Of a stretch of 64,000 nucleotides of DNA, positions 63,590 to 64,000 are shown piece after piece. This DNA comes from Cycas panzhihuaensis (Eukaryota > Plantae > Cycadophyta). Both the position numbers and the translations under genes were made by a program. The stretch covers positions 234,243,741 to 234,307,740 of the forward strand of contig CM041465.1 in assembly GCA_023213395.1 (NCBI GenBank). The letters are read 5' to 3'. Numbering within the stretch: the first letter of the stretch is position 1; each line of letters opens with the position of its first letter. The notes below the pieces were generated by a model that made no database searches, was not told the DNA's origin, and worked only from the letters and a program-made list of their open reading frames with translations.

Positions 63590-64000
63590 GACTCAATCTA
63601 TGAGAAAAGGGAGGGATTGCCTAAAGTAAGAGGTCTAAAGGAATCAAGACCATAAGATAGATATACTCATGGATAAGTTAGTGGGGACTCATCAATATTA
63701 GCAATGGCTCTCATATAAATATAAGAGTGGACCATTAGCTTCCATATCCAATTCTAATGAACTTCAAGCTCTATGAGGGTGAAGGGATATTGAGATCACT
63801 GCTCTTAATGAGAGAGATGAATTTCACTCGATTGTCCATGCCCTATGTATTAGTATGTGGAAAGGACAAGCATCCTTCAATCACCTATTCAAAACATGGA
63901 TCAAAGACCCAACACCTAAAGGCAAAAGATGACCTCTCTCATCTAGTAATGACAATTAGGTAGAAAGAAAACTATCCTCTCTGTTCGGTGGAAAGAAGGT
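63590..64000 (-). mobile_element. Leader block of another Tat/Ogre-like element (H), running off the window
   Basis: Collinear similarity to 10320-10560 (AAAGGGAGG...ATCAA.CC...GGGACTCA...TCTAATG.ACT...GGTGAAG). Confidence 0.55.

Overview
AT-rich (roughly 30% GC by eye) land-plant intergenic/heterochromatic DNA made almost entirely of nested LTR retrotransposons; no intact host gene, rRNA or tRNA gene is visible. Left to right: a decayed Ty1/Copia (A, minus, ~1.1-8.1 kb, 5' LTR missing); a Tat/Ogre-like Ty3/Gypsy gag-protease remnant with its leader (E, minus, ~8.1-12.1 kb); two diverged tandem LTR-like units; a decayed Plant Mobile Domain (PMD) ORF; a two-LTR Copia (B, minus, 20034-35768) interrupted in gag by a much younger Copia (C, plus, 24708-32989, TTAAT TSD); a Tat-type RNase H/integrase remnant whose LTR hosts a non-autonomous gag-only element (D, 39033-43111); a solo LTR; a very old plus-strand Copia; and a Copia (F) split in its integrase by a chromodomain-bearing Gypsy (G, 53358-60434). 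The most notable observations are: (1) the leader of Copia B carries a mosaic of captured host-gene fragments, recognisably the C-terminus of a BTB/POZ-MATH (BPM) CUL3 adaptor and a piece of a UPL3-type HECT E3 ligase; (2) a GC-rich, extensively self-complementary ~370-600 nt block lies just upstream of gag in two Copia and two Gypsy elements and shares short motifs across the two superfamilies, a candidate conserved structured RNA (IRES/packaging/ribozyme-like); (3) pervasive C-to-T/G-to-A decay that includes CHH contexts. All calls are by eye; boundaries of old elements are approximate.
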